A stretch of DNA of 63,646 nucleotides, the filler included, from Chiloscyllium plagiosum (Eukaryota): NCBI RefSeq assembly GCF_004010195.1. It is 9 parts of 9 records of this genome, joined end to end, with 100 filler letters (N's around TTAATTAATTAA, not from the genome) between each part and the next. Parts side by side here need not be neighbours in the genome. Positions count along the whole stretch, not along the records: positions 36,240 to 45,103 come from NC_057740.1; positions 45,204 to 48,370 come from NW_025188786.1; positions 48,471 to 51,527 come from NW_025187829.1; 6 more parts are not named here. One strand, written 5' to 3'. The notes under the pieces were generated by a model that was not told the DNA's origin, did not search any database, and saw only the letters and a list, made by a program, of their open reading frames with translations. A program made the position numbers and the translations under genes. Positions 37,856 through 51,188 of the stretch are shown one piece after another (within the stretch, counting starts at the first letter, position 1; each line of letters starts with the position of its first letter).

Positions 37856-39298
37856 TTCTGTCAGTGATAGAACTGCCTGCCTTCAGCGACTGTATCTGGG
37901 ACAGACTGTGGCAGCAGGTTCCCATTGAAGCCAGTTATAGAGCCTTTCACAACAGGAAGGAAATCCGTGCAAATGAGAGCGATTCACACTGACCAACCAG
38001 AGCAAGGACCTGAAACCCGCCCATTCAGGCTCAGAGATTCAGGTTGATGCAGTGATTCCTCAGTCCGACTGGAAACACTGTCACATTTTACACTGAAGCT
38101 CGTTTATTGTCTGATATTTCCCTTTATGTTTACTGCATCTTCCGACCAGCCCTGGAGTTAAAATTGCTCTTCACACCTACTATCAAAAAATGACTTTCTA
38201 NNNNNNNNNNNNNNNNNNNNNNNNNNNNNNNNNNNNNNNNNNNNNNNNNNNNNNNNNNNNNNNNNNNNNNNNNNNNNNNNNNNNNNNNNNNNNNNNNNNN
38301 NNNNNNNNNNNNNNNNNNNNNNNNNNNNNNNNNNNNNNNNNNNNNNNNNNNNNNNNNNNNNNNNNNNNNNNNNNNNNNNNNNNNNNNNNNNNNNNNNNNN
38401 NNNNNNNNNNNNNNNNNNNNNNNNNNNNNNNNNNNNNNNNNNNNNNNNNNNNNNNNNNNNNNNNNNNNNNNNNNNNNNNNNNNNNNNNNNNNNNNNNNNN
38501 NNNNNNNNNNNNNNNNNNNNNNNNNNNNNNNNNNNNNNNNNNNNNNNNNNNNNNNNNNNNNNNNNNNNNNNNNNNNNNNNNNNNNNNNNNNNNNNNNNNN
38601 NNNNNNNNNNNNNNNNNNNNNNNNNNNNNNNNNNNNNNNNNNNNNNNNNNNNNNNNNNNNNNNNNNNNNNNNNNNNNNNNNNNNNNNNNNNNNNNNNNNN
38701 TGCAAAACCTAAATCAAAGCAACAAGTCTCCAATGAGCAATGAGAGCAAATGATGGTAATGAAGGAAAGGGAGCGGAGGGAGAGTTCCAGCATGTATTGG
38801 GAGAATGTGAGGAGGTGAAAACCAACGGCTTGACAAATTACCAATGAAGAAAAAATTGTTTGTGAAATGGCTTAAATTCTATCAATTTGGCCTTTAATGT
38901 AATACTTCCTTCGGTGCTGAAGTAACATTTTGTTTGATAATTCTTTATGTATATCCTGGGACAGTTTTCTACTATATTAAAAAGGAGCCATATTAAAGGA
39001 AGAGATGGTGTTGAGAGAGGTGGGGCTTCCTTGCTCAAGGAGAAGGGAAGACACAACATAAGCATCGTTATGGTCACTGTCAGATTCCTAAGAGATTGAG
39101 GACAGAAGAATGATATAGAGCTCCTAGTGTGAGTGAGAGGAGACAGTGCTCTTAAGAAAGCTAGGAATTTCAGTCGGCTTACAGCAAACATTGGTTTGCT
39201 CATCTGCACCAGAAATGGAAAGGAGAAAAGCCGAGGATGGATTGGAGATGTAACGTCTGACAGCAAGGGGGGAAAAAGAAAGTGTTGAAACCGGAAGT

Positions 39299-42200
39299 TG
39301 TAGTGATTGAAACGAAATCAGCCAGGTGAACCTCAGAGCATGAGTTCCCTTATTGAGGCTGTTAATCCGGTCTAATCAGAGAGAGTCCTGACGGACCGAT
39401 ACAGACAGGAGTGTTAGAGGTTCTGTTCACTCTGAGCTGGCTCGGAGGAAGCCGGATCAGCCTCTCGCACTATGCAGCTGTAAATAAAGGCTGAGGTGAT
39501 ATAGGCCTCTGTGAAGTTATTTCAATGGCGACAAGACTGGGACTAATGATGTAACTGTGCAAAGGTGCCTGCTAGCTGAAGCCCAACTGGACTTCGAACA
39601 GGCACAACTGGCTGTGTCATTAGAAAATGCGACAAGTGGAGCGTAAGATTTACAGGGTATGCCGATGGAAATGGAGCCCCTCCCCAGGCAGACTGACCTT
39701 GTAGTATCGCCTCATTCAGGACATATCCTGAACCGGAGGACTCTAGGTCAAACCACAGCAAAACCCTAAAACAAAGCCAAGCCTCAGCCAAGCAAGTGAA
39801 CATTTTCCAGGGTCCAGGCCGGCAAGCCATTGTAGTTGCTGCCGGTGTGCAGGATCGAGACAGCAACAGAGTCCCACTAGGCCTGAACTGAGTAAAGGAA
39901 CTTGTAGGCTGGTGTTCAGGACAGTGTACATCCTAGAACGCCCACTTGCGTTGGTCTTGAAACAGTTAAATTGCGGAGCAACATCCAAATCACAATCAAA
40001 ATAAATGTCTGGTTGAATGGTCACCTGATTCTAATGGAGGTTGATACCAGCGTGGCTGTATCAGTGGTTGCAGAACCAGTCTATAACAAACTTCACTCTG
40101 GACCCCAACCCTGAACTTTGCATAAGGCCTCGGCTAGACTGAGAACCTATACCGGGGAACCTTTACAGGTTAAGGGTACAACTTCAGTTCTGGTCTCATT
40201 TGATGTTGGGAAATTGGTTGAAAATGATTCACCTTCATAGCCAACCATTTTCTAATGGATAAATGTTAAGCCCAAGTAAAGTCCTAATTAAATCCTCAGG
40301 CACTTTTCAGGAAGGAATCGGGACTATCAAAGGAGCAAAGACCACCTTGCATGTTGACTGGGAAGTGATTCCATGATTCTGCAAGGCCTGTCCTTCCAAG
40401 CAAAAGTAGAGGCAGACATCAGGAGGCTGGAAAGCGAAGTAATAATCAAACCCATACCGTTTATGGACTGGTCTGCACCAGTCACAAGGCCCAAAGCAGA
40501 GGAATGCCCAATCGTGTGTGCTTCCTGGACTGCGGCTAATGCAGAACACAAATACACCCAGTCAAAGAAGGAAAGTGAGCAGTTATCTTTCCTGTGGGGA
40601 AGTTGCACCAATACCTTCGCTCATGTAAAATTATCATAGAAACTGACCACCAACCCCTGGTGGGGCTACTCAAAGAGGAGAAGGCAGTGCCACCCATAAC
40701 TTCAGGTTGAATTCAGCATTAGGCTCTCAGGCGAAGTGCACCCAATTACAAGTTGGAACACCGTCCGGGAAGCCAAGTAGAAAATGCGGATGCATTGAGC
40801 TGCCTCCCACCAGCAGATACACCAATGGTAGTGAGGCCACTGGAAGAGTCCGTTCTGGGTTGAAACTTTCCGGAGTCCCTTCCGGCCACCGCTACAAATA
40901 TCGGAATGTGGACACAAAAAGATCCCGTCCTGGCAAAACTACAACAGCTGGCGGCGATGGGGGGGAAGATCAAAAGGGCCATCACAACCTGAACTGAATA
41001 CTTTCCCGGACTCGGTGAGACCAGATCACCGTAGAGGATGGCATTTTATTACGGGGTGTGAGAGGGAGTGTCCCACGCAAAGGACTCTCTCAGTTCCTGG
41101 CTGATCTCCACCAGGATCATCCAGGGGAGTCCAAAGATGAAGATGTTGATGAGAGGTCAAGTCTGGTGGCCAGGATTGGATGCAGGCATAGCCACGTTGG
41201 TGGGTCAGTGTGCAGGGTGCCAACAGGGATAAAAATTACCATCAGCAGCAAATATCTTTTGTAATACACAGACAAGTCTTGGACACCAGGTCAGCTGCTT
41301 ACCATCCATTGTCCAATGGGCTGGTGGGAAGCCAGACCAAACTTTGAAGGCTAACTTTAAAAAAACAGCTTCCACTTTCACTCATTACCAAACTGCCCCA
41401 GCTCCTATTTGATTATCTGACCACCCTTCTGGCAGCGACAGAAATAGCTCCAACAGAGTTGCAATTGGGGAGAAGACTCCACACCAGCTTAAAGCTTATC
41501 CTCCCGGACCTGGGGAAAGGGGAGCAGGAAAGTGAAACAGTATCAGGAACATCAACACTGGACACAAGACTATGCCAGGCGAGAGAGAGACAGTTTACTT
41601 CAGAAGTCAAGGTTTGGTGCCAATATCATGGAAGTGGACCTGCATGAGAAAGAGGCATGGCTGATGAGAGGTCAGGTCCTGTCATGTACAAAGTTCAAGT
41701 CAGTGAGCTGGTTCTGAACAAGCATGTGGACCAGATGAAAGCTGCAAACTCACAAACATGACAGGGTCAAATACCTGGTCCCTTAGATCAGTCGGAAAGG
41801 CTACTGGAACCCGTAGCTTCACCCCCACCCCATCTGTCAGAGTCAGAGACAGACACGGTGGATGTTGCAGCCTCAGCACCTTTACCACCTGAAGAAAAGG
41901 AGCAATTTCTTCCAACACGCTCTGGGTGCGAGAGTCNNNNNNNNNNNNNNNNNNNNNNNNNNNNNNNNNNNNNNNNNNNNNNNNNNNNNNNNNNNNNNNN
42001 NNNNNNNNNNNNNNNNNNNNNNNNNNNNNNNNNNNNNNNNNNNNNNNNNNNNNNNNNNNNNNNNNNNNNNNNNNNNNNNNNNNNNNNNNNNNNNNNNNNN
42101 NNNNNNNNNNNNNNNNNNNNNNNNNNNNNNNNNNNNNNNNNNNNNNNNNNNNNNNNNNNNNNNNNNNNNNNNNNNNNNNNNNNNNNNNNNNNNNNNNNNN

Positions 42201-42682
42201 NNNNNNNNNNNNNNNNNNNNNNNNNNNNNNNNNNNNNNNNNNNNNNNNNNNNNNNNNNNNNNNNNNNNNNNNNNNNNNNNNNNNNNNNNNNNNNNNNNNN
42301 NNNNNNNNNNNNNNNNNNNNNNNNNNNNNNNNNNNNNNNNNNNNNNNNNNNNNNNNNNNNNNNNNNNNNNNNNNNNNNNNNNNNNNNNNNNNNNNNNNNN
42401 NNNNNNNNNNNNNNNNNNNNNNNNNNNNNNNNNNNNNNNNNNNNNNNNNNNNNNNNNNNNNNNNNNNNNNNNNNNNNNNNNNNNNNNNNNNNNNNNNNNN
42501 NNNNNNNNNNNNNNNNNNNNNNNNNNNNNNNNNNNNNNNNNNNNNNNNNNNNNNNNNNNNNNNNCACAGGTTGTATTCACTATTAGCTGGCTGTGAGGAG
42601 ACTGGATCAGTGTCATGTACTATGCACGTGTATATACAGGACAACTTTATGACGGGATACTGGCCTCTGTCGAGTTATTTCA
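39299..42682 (+). mobile_element. Decayed Gypsy-type LTR retrotransposon
   Basis: 5' LTR TG 39299 to CA 39524, followed by PBS-like tggcgac. Internal protease/RT/integrase remnants (atggaggttgatacc = MEVDT; DWSAPV; ctccaccaggatcatccaggg = LHQDHPG). 3' LTR ends at 42682; flanks gaagt/gaaat. Confidence 0.8.
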
Positions 42683-43455
42683 GAAATCAAGATAACAAGA
42701 GGTTCCAGTTCAGTGCAAAAATAAAAAAGCACAGACAAAGTTATCAATAGGCTTTAAAATTGAGAGAGAGGACTAGAGCAAAGAAATACTGACTCAGGAA
42801 CTAAACTAGCATTTTACTGAGTACTGCATTAGCAATGCTTGGTTTCTGAGAATGATTGCTTCTGATATTTCTGTCAACATTAATAATGGGTTATGTGTAG
42901 GCACATTGCTACTCAACTAAAAAGCAATGACAAAGCTTCAATTAATTAATTCACCATGAAATGCTTTGGGGCATTAAAAACAAAATTAAAATTAGAAAAC
43001 ATATCAATGAAGTTTCTTTCTTCTTTCGATTTAACTCAGTGCAGCTAATATTGAACATTTTAAACAAAACCAACAGAACTAAATTTAACTGTTCCCAACA
43101 TTGCACTTTATAAGCCTTGAAAAGAATTAGACCACATACTCAAATATGTGCCACCACCAAATATATTAACAAATGTACAGCATGCTAAAAAGCTAAAAAA
43201 AAAGTTTGTAAAATCAAAGTACTTATGAACAAAAACATTATGATATACAAAACTATGAACTAACAGCCAATGTCAGAAACAGCACAAACTCAGACAGGCA
43301 GCACCAAGAGTGATTGCTCTGCTTCTGCTGCTAGACTCTGGAGAAACAACCAACATTTTCACTCAGGTTAAGAAATAGGCATGAGGAAATAATCAAGTTT
43401 CAATCAAGTGCCGAAATTCACACAGTATCCACAGAGGGAATTCTCAGCCACTTAC

Positions 43456-43492
43456 CTGCAACAAAGAGCTTGGTCCCTTGCCCAAACACACA
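43456..43492 (-). CDS. Sigma-type light-chain J segment 2 (identical to J1)
   Basis: RSS23: CACAGTG 43493-43499, ACAGTTATC 43523-43531; gtaagt donor. Confidence 0.9.
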
Positions 43493-43864
43493 CACAGTGT
43501 GATGTTCTAGGGTTCAGTCCACACAGTTATCCAGGATCCTGGAAATGGAGAGAAAACACCTTCAGATACTCCATTGCCAGCATTGATCATGTATTCCCAG
43601 TGCCCCAGTTGGTGTGGGACAGTAAGGAATAACCTCACAACAACATCCACACACTGACATTAAAATGTCCTCAACACTCAGTAATGGGCAATGATTCAGA
43701 AAGTTACCAATTATGAAATAATGGCAATTGGAAAATATTATACCCAAGAACATCATTAAAGTAATTTATGAAGTCTTAAATATTAGAGTATTTGATCCAG
43801 TACAATGATATTAGGAGGCCATTATTTCCTCATATCAGTTTTTGTGTTACCTTCTGTCACTGTG

Positions 43865-44191
43865 AGACAAAAGCACTGGCCGAGCTAAACCACTTTCCAC
43901 AGTAATACACGGCGGCATCATTCACCTCCACGTTTTTGATGATTAACTGGTAAATGTTGTGGCCGCTGTTGACTGTCGATGTGAAACGGTCGCTGCTAAA
44001 TCCAGACCCATAGGTAGGCGCACTGACCGAGTGATGGTAATAGAGGATCCACTGAGGAGCTGATCCTGGTGTCTGCTTGTACCAGTACACATAATAGCTA
44101 TCAGCCGTTCCAATGTTACAGTCCAGTGTGGCCGTGTTTCCCGGTTTCACAGTCAGGTGTGGAGGCTGAGTCAGAGTCTGACACTGTCCAT
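43865..44191 (-). CDS. Sigma-type light-chain V exon 2, open
   Basis: Paralog of V1; RSS12 at 43837-43864. Confidence 0.88.
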
Positions 44192-44289
44192 CTGTAAAAG
44201 AGCAAGGATTAAACATCAGAAATGGACCCTTGTAAAGGGGACTGTAAAACCCCGACCTGCTGCTGTGGGAGGAGCAGTGTTTTACTTAC

Positions 44290-44338
44290 AGCCCAGCCAC
44301 ACTGCCAGGGAACAGAGAAAGCACAAGATCCACATCAT
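44290..44338 (-). CDS. Sigma V2 leader exon
   Basis: Identical to the V1 leader; gtaagt donor. Confidence 0.88.
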
Positions 44339-47300
44339 TTCTGTCAGTGAGCTGCCTGCCTTCAGCGACTGTATCTGGGACAGACTGTGGCAGCAGGTTC
44401 CCATTGAAGCCAGTTATAGAGCCCTTCACAACAGGAAGGAAATCCGTGCAAATGAGAGCGATTCACACTGACCAACCAGAGCAAGGACCTGAAACCCACC
44501 CATTCAGGCTCAGAGATTCAGGTTGATGCAGTGATACCTCAGTCCGACTGGAAACACTGTCACATTTTACACTGAAGCTCGTTTATTGTCTGATATTTCC
44601 CTTTATGTTTACTGCATCTTCCGACCAGCCCTGGAGTTAAAATTGTTCTTCACACCTACTATCAAAAAATGACTTTCTAGTGTAATTTATTTGATGCTCT
44701 TGTTAATAGATGAGATTCCCAACAGTGTGGAAACAGGCCCTTTGACCCAACGAGTCCACACCAACCCTCCAAAGTGTAACCCACACAGATCCATTTCCCT
44801 CTGACTACTCCACCTAACACTACAGGTGATTTAGCATGGCCAATTCACCAACCCTACACATCTTTATGGGCAGCACCACAACACCATAAGACATAGGAGT
44901 GGAAGTAAGGCCATTCGGCCCATCGTGTCCTCTCCACCATTCAATCATGGGTGATGGGCATTTCAACTCCACTTACCCGCATTCTCCCTGTAGTCCTTAA
45001 TTCCTTGTGACATCAAGAATTTATCAATCTCTGCCTTGAAGACATTTAGCGTCCCGGCCTCCACTGCACTCTGCGGCAATGAATTCCACAGGCCCACCAC
45101 TCTNNNNNNNNNNNNNNNNNNNNNNNNNNNNNNNNNNNNNNNNNNNNTTAATTAATTAANNNNNNNNNNNNNNNNNNNNNNNNNNNNNNNNNNNNNNNNN
45201 NNNTGGAGCTTCATGTTGTACCTGTCCAAAACATTGTAATGAACTGCCAGAGGAAGTGGTAAATGCAAAGATAGGTCCAACATTTAGAAGACATTTGAAC
45301 AGCTCCAGGAACTGGATAGGTCTGGATGAATATGGGCCAAAGGCAGGCAAGTGGAATTAGTTTAATTTGGGAACTCTGGTCAGCATGGATGAGCTGGACC
45401 AAAGGAACTGTTTCTGTGCTGTACGACTTTATGACTCACTGACTTTATGGTGGGGTAGGCTCAAAATTGGAAGGTGGTGAGCAAGTGAAGGGCTAGATTG
45501 GGCATGTGGGAGAGTTTGGGCTGATAGGCTGTGAGGTGTTGGCTGGCTGCTGGGTAAGCTTGCATGCACTCTGTCTGGCAAGGTGGCATCAAGGTAAATG
45601 GTAATGGTCACAGGATAATTTGGTCGAATTGTGCTTGGTAGGTGAGGGGTAGTTTGAGCTGAAATGCAGGAGGTCTGTCTTTGCTAGGCTGGTTGGTGTA
45701 GAGGTGGGCAGAGTGCCAGGATGTTTTGGGGGTGGAAGGTCACTGTAATGAAGTGACAGGGGGACGTATTGTCAAAATGTAAAGCTCGGAGTCTGGCAAA
45801 ATGGTAGGTGATAAAGGACAGATGCGAAAGGAGCTGGGATGCAATGTGCACAGGTTGACTTGGTTAAGATGAGAGGTCACTGATCATGGGCTGAGGTCAT
45901 GTCTTGGGTAGTGGGCTTTTGTCAGAGGTTGTGAAAATGATGGTGCCAAGTCCAGTCAGGGCCAGATTCACCATGGGCCAGGTGCAGAGTGGCAGGAGTG
46001 TAAATGAGTGAAAGGAATTGGGATCATATGTCCATCTGGAATATAGAATATAGAACATTACAGTGCAGTACAGGCCCTTCAGCCCTCGATGTTGCGCTGA
46101 CCTGTGGAACCAATCTGAAGCCTATCTATCCTACACGATTCCATTTTCATCCATATGTTTATCCAATAACCTTTTAAATGCCCTTAAAGTTGGCGAGTGT
46201 ACTATTGTTGCAGGCAGTGCGTTCCATGGCCCTACTACTCTCTGAGTAAAGAAACAACCTCTGACATCTGTCATCTATGTCCTCTCCTGCTAGCCATCAC
46301 TATTCAAGGAAAAAGACTTTCACTGTCCACCCTCTGTTTATCTTTTATGTCTCAATTCAGTAACCTCTCAACCTTCTTCCCTCAAATAAAAACAACTTCA
46401 AGACCCTCATCCTTTCCTCATTAAACCTTCCCGCCATACCAAACAACATCCTGGTAAACCTCCTCTGAACTCTTCCAAAGCTTCCACATTCTTTCTATAA
46501 TGTGGTGACCAGAACAGTACACAATACTCCCAAGTGCGGCCACACCAGAGTTTTGTACAGCCGCAGCCTAATCTCGTGGTTCTGAAACTCACTCATTCTA
46601 TCGATGAAAGCCAACACAAAGTATGCCTTCTTAATAACTCGATCAAACTGGCTGGCAACTTTTAGGGATCTATGTACATGGACACCGAGATCTCTCTGCT
46701 CAGCTACACTACCAATATGGATTGCCTTGGATGTGTTTCGTGTGATAGGGGTTGTGTGTTCCGGGCATGAATGGATGTATAGCAGGGGAGGGTTTGTCAA
46801 TGTGAGTGGAAATTTAGGTCTAGACAGATAAAGTTACAGATTACTTGTTCATTTCTCAAATCATATTTACGTAAATACTCAGCTGTAACACTCCAAAGTC
46901 TCTGAACCTTAATGGTCCTCCATTTTTCAGAGGCCTCCAGAATTCAGATAATTGTAAATGAGATGTTTCAACTTCCAGCCAATTGGCATGAGTTCAGCCG
47001 TAACAGCTATCCTCCCCGTCCCAGTGCTCAGCTCCTGCCTGTGCTGCTGCTGCAGTGACCTCCCTCCCAGAGAGAACATTCTGCCTTGCATTGATAAGTG
47101 AGGAAGGCTCACTGGGCCTGATTTCCAAGTATGGGGACGGCAAACACGGGGGGACACAACTTTAAAGTGAGGGGAGATAGGTATAAGACAGATGTCAGAG
47201 GTAGTTTCTTTACTCATTAAGTAATAAGGGTATGGGATGCTTTGCCTGCAACGGTAGTAGATTCGCCAAGTTTAAGTACATTTAAGTTGTCATTGGACAA

Positions 47301-48107
47301 ACATATGGACATACATGGGATAGTGTAGGTGGGATGGGCTTCAGATTAGTATGACAGGGCAGCGCAACATCGAGGGCCGAAGGGCCTGTACTCCGCTGTA
47401 ATGTTCTATGTTCTATGATTCACTCTGATTTCTCTCCGGGGGTACTGCCAGCTGTTGGGTATTTCCAGCAGCACGGCACCTCGTGGGGCAGCACGCTGGT
47501 TCCATGGTTAGTGCTGCTGCCTCACAGTGCTAGGGATTCGGGTTCCATTCCAGCCTTGGGTGACTGTCTGTGTGGAGTTGGCACTTTCTCCCCATGTCTG
47601 TGTGCGTTTCGTCCCACAGTCCAAAGATGTGCAAGTTTGGGGAATTGCAAATGTTGTGTTCAGTGGTTGGGAGTTTAGATGCATTAGTCAGGGTTAACTG
47701 TAGCATAATAGGGTAGGGGAATGGTCTGGATGCGTTACTTTTCAGAGGGTGGGTGTGGGCTTGGTGGGCCAAATGGCCTGTTTGCACACACTGTAGAATT
47801 TCGATGAATCTGCATTTCCTTGGTTTGTTTTTTGTGAAACATCTCTGCTCTTCACAGCAATCCAGTGAAAGTGTCAGTTCGTGAGATCTTCAAACAGTTG
47901 CTGGGGTAGGATCAGGATGTTCTTCTTCCTAAATTATGTGGTAATAGAAACAGGGCATGTTTCTAAAGAGGGAACCAATGACCATGGTCAGCAATTGGTA
48001 GGAAACAAAAATAAACCCGTTATGCTGTCGACGTTTACAGCTGAGGATACATTTGATAAGGTCAAATTAACAGAAACTAACATGCTCAATTGGTAATTCT
48101 ATTGTAG

Positions 48108-48370
48108 AGACACCGTCTCCCCCCACGCTTTATGGCCTGGTCTCCTCCTGTCAGGAGCACAACACCGGTTCTGTGATCTTTGGTTGTTTAGCGATGGACT
48201 ATTCCCCTGACGTCACCAAGGTAACCTGGAATAAAGGTGGGGAGCTAATCACAACTGGATTGAAGACTTACCCATCAGTGAGAAACAAGAAGGGAACCTA
48301 CACCCTGAGCAGCCAGTTAACCCTGCCCGGGTCAGAGGTAGATTGCCCCAGCAAAATCTCCTGTGAGGTT
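48108..48370 (+). CDS. IGHM: IgM heavy chain Cmu1 exon (truncated at scaffold end)
   Basis: attgtag| then [70 protein letters not shown]...ISCEV; includes the light-chain-bonding Cys (SSC). Confidence 0.9.
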
Positions 48371-50859
48371 NNNNNNNNNNNNNNNNNNNNNNNNNNNNNN
48401 NNNNNNNNNNNNNNTTAATTAATTAANNNNNNNNNNNNNNNNNNNNNNNNNNNNNNNNNNNNNNNNNNNNTCTCAGTGTGAGCTGCAGTATATATGCTCT
48501 CCTACATTTTTCCTGTTTCTGATTTATATCACTCCATTCTGTTGTGCTGTTGTTCAGGATCTGGGTTAAGGTCATTCATTTCTCAATCGAAAGCTTCCTT
48601 CTTTCAGCCTGAGAGACACTTTACATTTGCAAACAGGAAATATGACTTCAATGCTGGACTCTGTTCTCAGGATTGATGGGCTCGATGATTTGATTCAGTG
48701 AAATAACCTTGTCTAATCTCTTCGGGGTCGACATTTCAGGTGTAACGCTTCTTCAGGAAGCGTGGATAGGTGTGAGGGGAGTTGCAGATAAAGGGGTGGC
48801 TTGGAGCAAGTTGGTGAGGTGGGGATAGTTGAAAAAGACAGAGAGTGTGACCTGATTGGTCGATGGGAGAGATGAATCCGGAATCATCCATCCCCTCGAC
48901 CAACCAGGTCCTATCTTCTACCTGTCTCCACTTATTCCCACCTAATCACCCTGGCCCCGCCATTCCCTTTATCTGTAGCTCCCCCAACACCCACCCACCC
49001 CACTTCCTGAAGAAAGGTTATACCCAAATTCTCTTCCTCCTGATGCTGCCTGGGCTTGCTGTGTTCTCCCAGCCTCCTGTTTGTCATCCTTGTATTCCAG
49101 CATTTGCCGTTTTTTATTTGTCTCTAATCTCTTCAGGGGCCTGGATAAGTGTGAGGAGATTGGGTTTTGGTGGAACTACCCACAGACTCAAGTCGAAAGA
49201 AGCAAAGCAAGAAAGGCACGTGGATCAAATACAAGGGGGCAAATTGAGAGCAAAAAGTAATTGTTACCAGTTTAGCAATTTCAAAGGAGAGAGCAACAAC
49301 ATTGAATTGCTTCTGATGTCATCCTCTGTGCCCTAACATTTCACAGAGCCAGCTCCACATCCTTCCATTGGCTTTGTCATTCAGAGTCAACTGTTCCCTT
49401 CCCATAGCCCTTTTTAAAATGTCCTGTCCCAGACAGGCAGAGAATACTTCACCTTTTCTGGGAAAGATAGAGAAATATATGATGTCAGGGTCTGACAGAA
49501 GGATGTGTACCATCTGTGGATTCTGGAGACAGATCACTGAGATATTCCTCACTCCCATCAACACCTGACTTTATTCTAACAACAGTTTCTATTTTTCATT
49601 ATAAAGTATCAGCTTCAGACTGGACATTTCACACCCAGCCCCCATGTCCTCACATTGGAATCAAGAATCAAACTTGCCCCATCTCAGGATTGCCCTCTGA
49701 ATGTGGTGTCCGTGTGGTAATGCTGTGTTTGAATGAAAGAGCCACAGCGGAATTTGTGACTAAGTCCAACGGGTTTCTGAGCCACCAGCAGNNNNNNNNN
49801 NNNNNNNNNNNNNNNNNNNNNNNNNNNNNNNNNNNNNNNNNNNNNNNNNNNNNNNNNNNNNNNNNNNNNNNNNNNNNNNNNNNNNNNNNNNNNNNNNNNN
49901 NNNNNNNNNNNNNNNNNNNNNNNNNNNNNNNNNNNNNNNNNNNNNNNNNNNNNNNNNNNNNNNNNNNNNNNNNNNNNNNNNNNNNNNNNNNNNNNNNNNN
50001 NNNNNNNNNNNNNNNNNNNNNNNNNNNNNNNNNNNNNNNNNNNNNNNNNNNNNNNNNNNNNNNNNNNNNNNNNNNNNNNNNNNNNNNNNNNNNNNNNNNN
50101 NNNNNNNNNNNNNNNNNNNNNNNNNNNNNNNNNNNNNNNNNNNNNNGAACTCCTTCTGGATGCAGTTGTAGAATTGCCCTCCTGCTCCAGGGACCTCATT
50201 ACCCCCTTGATTCCCCCCTCTTGTTCCAGGCCTTGAAGGTGGAGGTTAACACTTCACACGCCTTTCCCTGAGGCTTCAGCTCTGGCCATTCCCAAAGCAC
50301 ACACGAGACAGAGACTGAATCGTCTTCATCTTTATTCCTTTTTCCAGATTGACATTGACAGAAAACAGACTGCAATTAACAGCCCAGACAGAGGAAGGTG
50401 CACAAATTCACAGCCAGAATGGAGCTTGAGGAAAACATTTGTGGAGATTTTCTCAATAACATAAGAATCCTGTCCCTTTAAACAGTGACAGAAGCTTAAA
50501 TTGGAACTGGTGGCTGAGCAGGAAGGAGATCTGGTTTACTGAAGCAGAGACTTCTGAGGTTCACATTGTTTTGTACAGCTGACAGTTTTCAGCATCTTCG
50601 AGAGGTGTTACTTGGTATCACTAGTCTTCACGCTTCAATCAAACACTCCTAGAACAGGGGGCATCGGGTTTGATACAGAGTAAAGCTTGTTTTTGATTAT
50701 CCCAAAGACCTGCCTTAACCCTTGAACCTCAGCTGTGTCTCTGAGCCAATCCCAAGAAGGATGAGAGTTGAAATTCATTGCTGACAATGACCTTTGCCCT
50801 GCCAGCTCAGCCCTGTTCTATTTAAAGTTGTGTCTCCTCTGTGGACTGTCTCCAACACT

Positions 50860-51188
50860 CTACACACATTCTGATCTCCTGATGCTCTTGCTGAGGGGAG
50901 AGGGGAGGGTCACGTGGGTGAGGGCACAGGAGAAGCGAGAGTTGGACTCCCAGTCAGACCCAGAGAGGGTCAGCAGGCTGCTAACACTGTAGGTGCTGTC
51001 CGAAGCTCGCAGGTGATTGCTGGTCTGAACCCCGTCCGAAATGACTGCACCATCCTTCTTCCACTGCACCTCCAGCTCATCGGGATAGAAGTGATTGGCA
51101 AGGCACACCAGGGTGGCAGTGCCCTTGGCATTGACCTGCTCTGGGGAGGGGGGCAGCAGGGTCAGCTTGGGCTGAGAGTTTTCACGGC
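50860..51188 (-). CDS. Ig kappa (NS4-type) constant exon
   Basis: ttccag| then (S)RENSQPKLTLLPPSPEQVNAKGTATLVCLANHFYPDELEVQW...FSCALTHVTLPSPLSKSIRRSECV*; candidate AATAAA (-) at 50331-50336. Confidence 0.93.

Noticed and set aside
38130-42750. Long ORFs rich in X
   Set aside because: Artefacts of translating N gaps (also at about 20600-21430 and 49516-50271).
36240-44338. Tandem sigma V segments without J
   Set aside because: Closer reading found a J with RSS23 about 370 bp downstream of each V.
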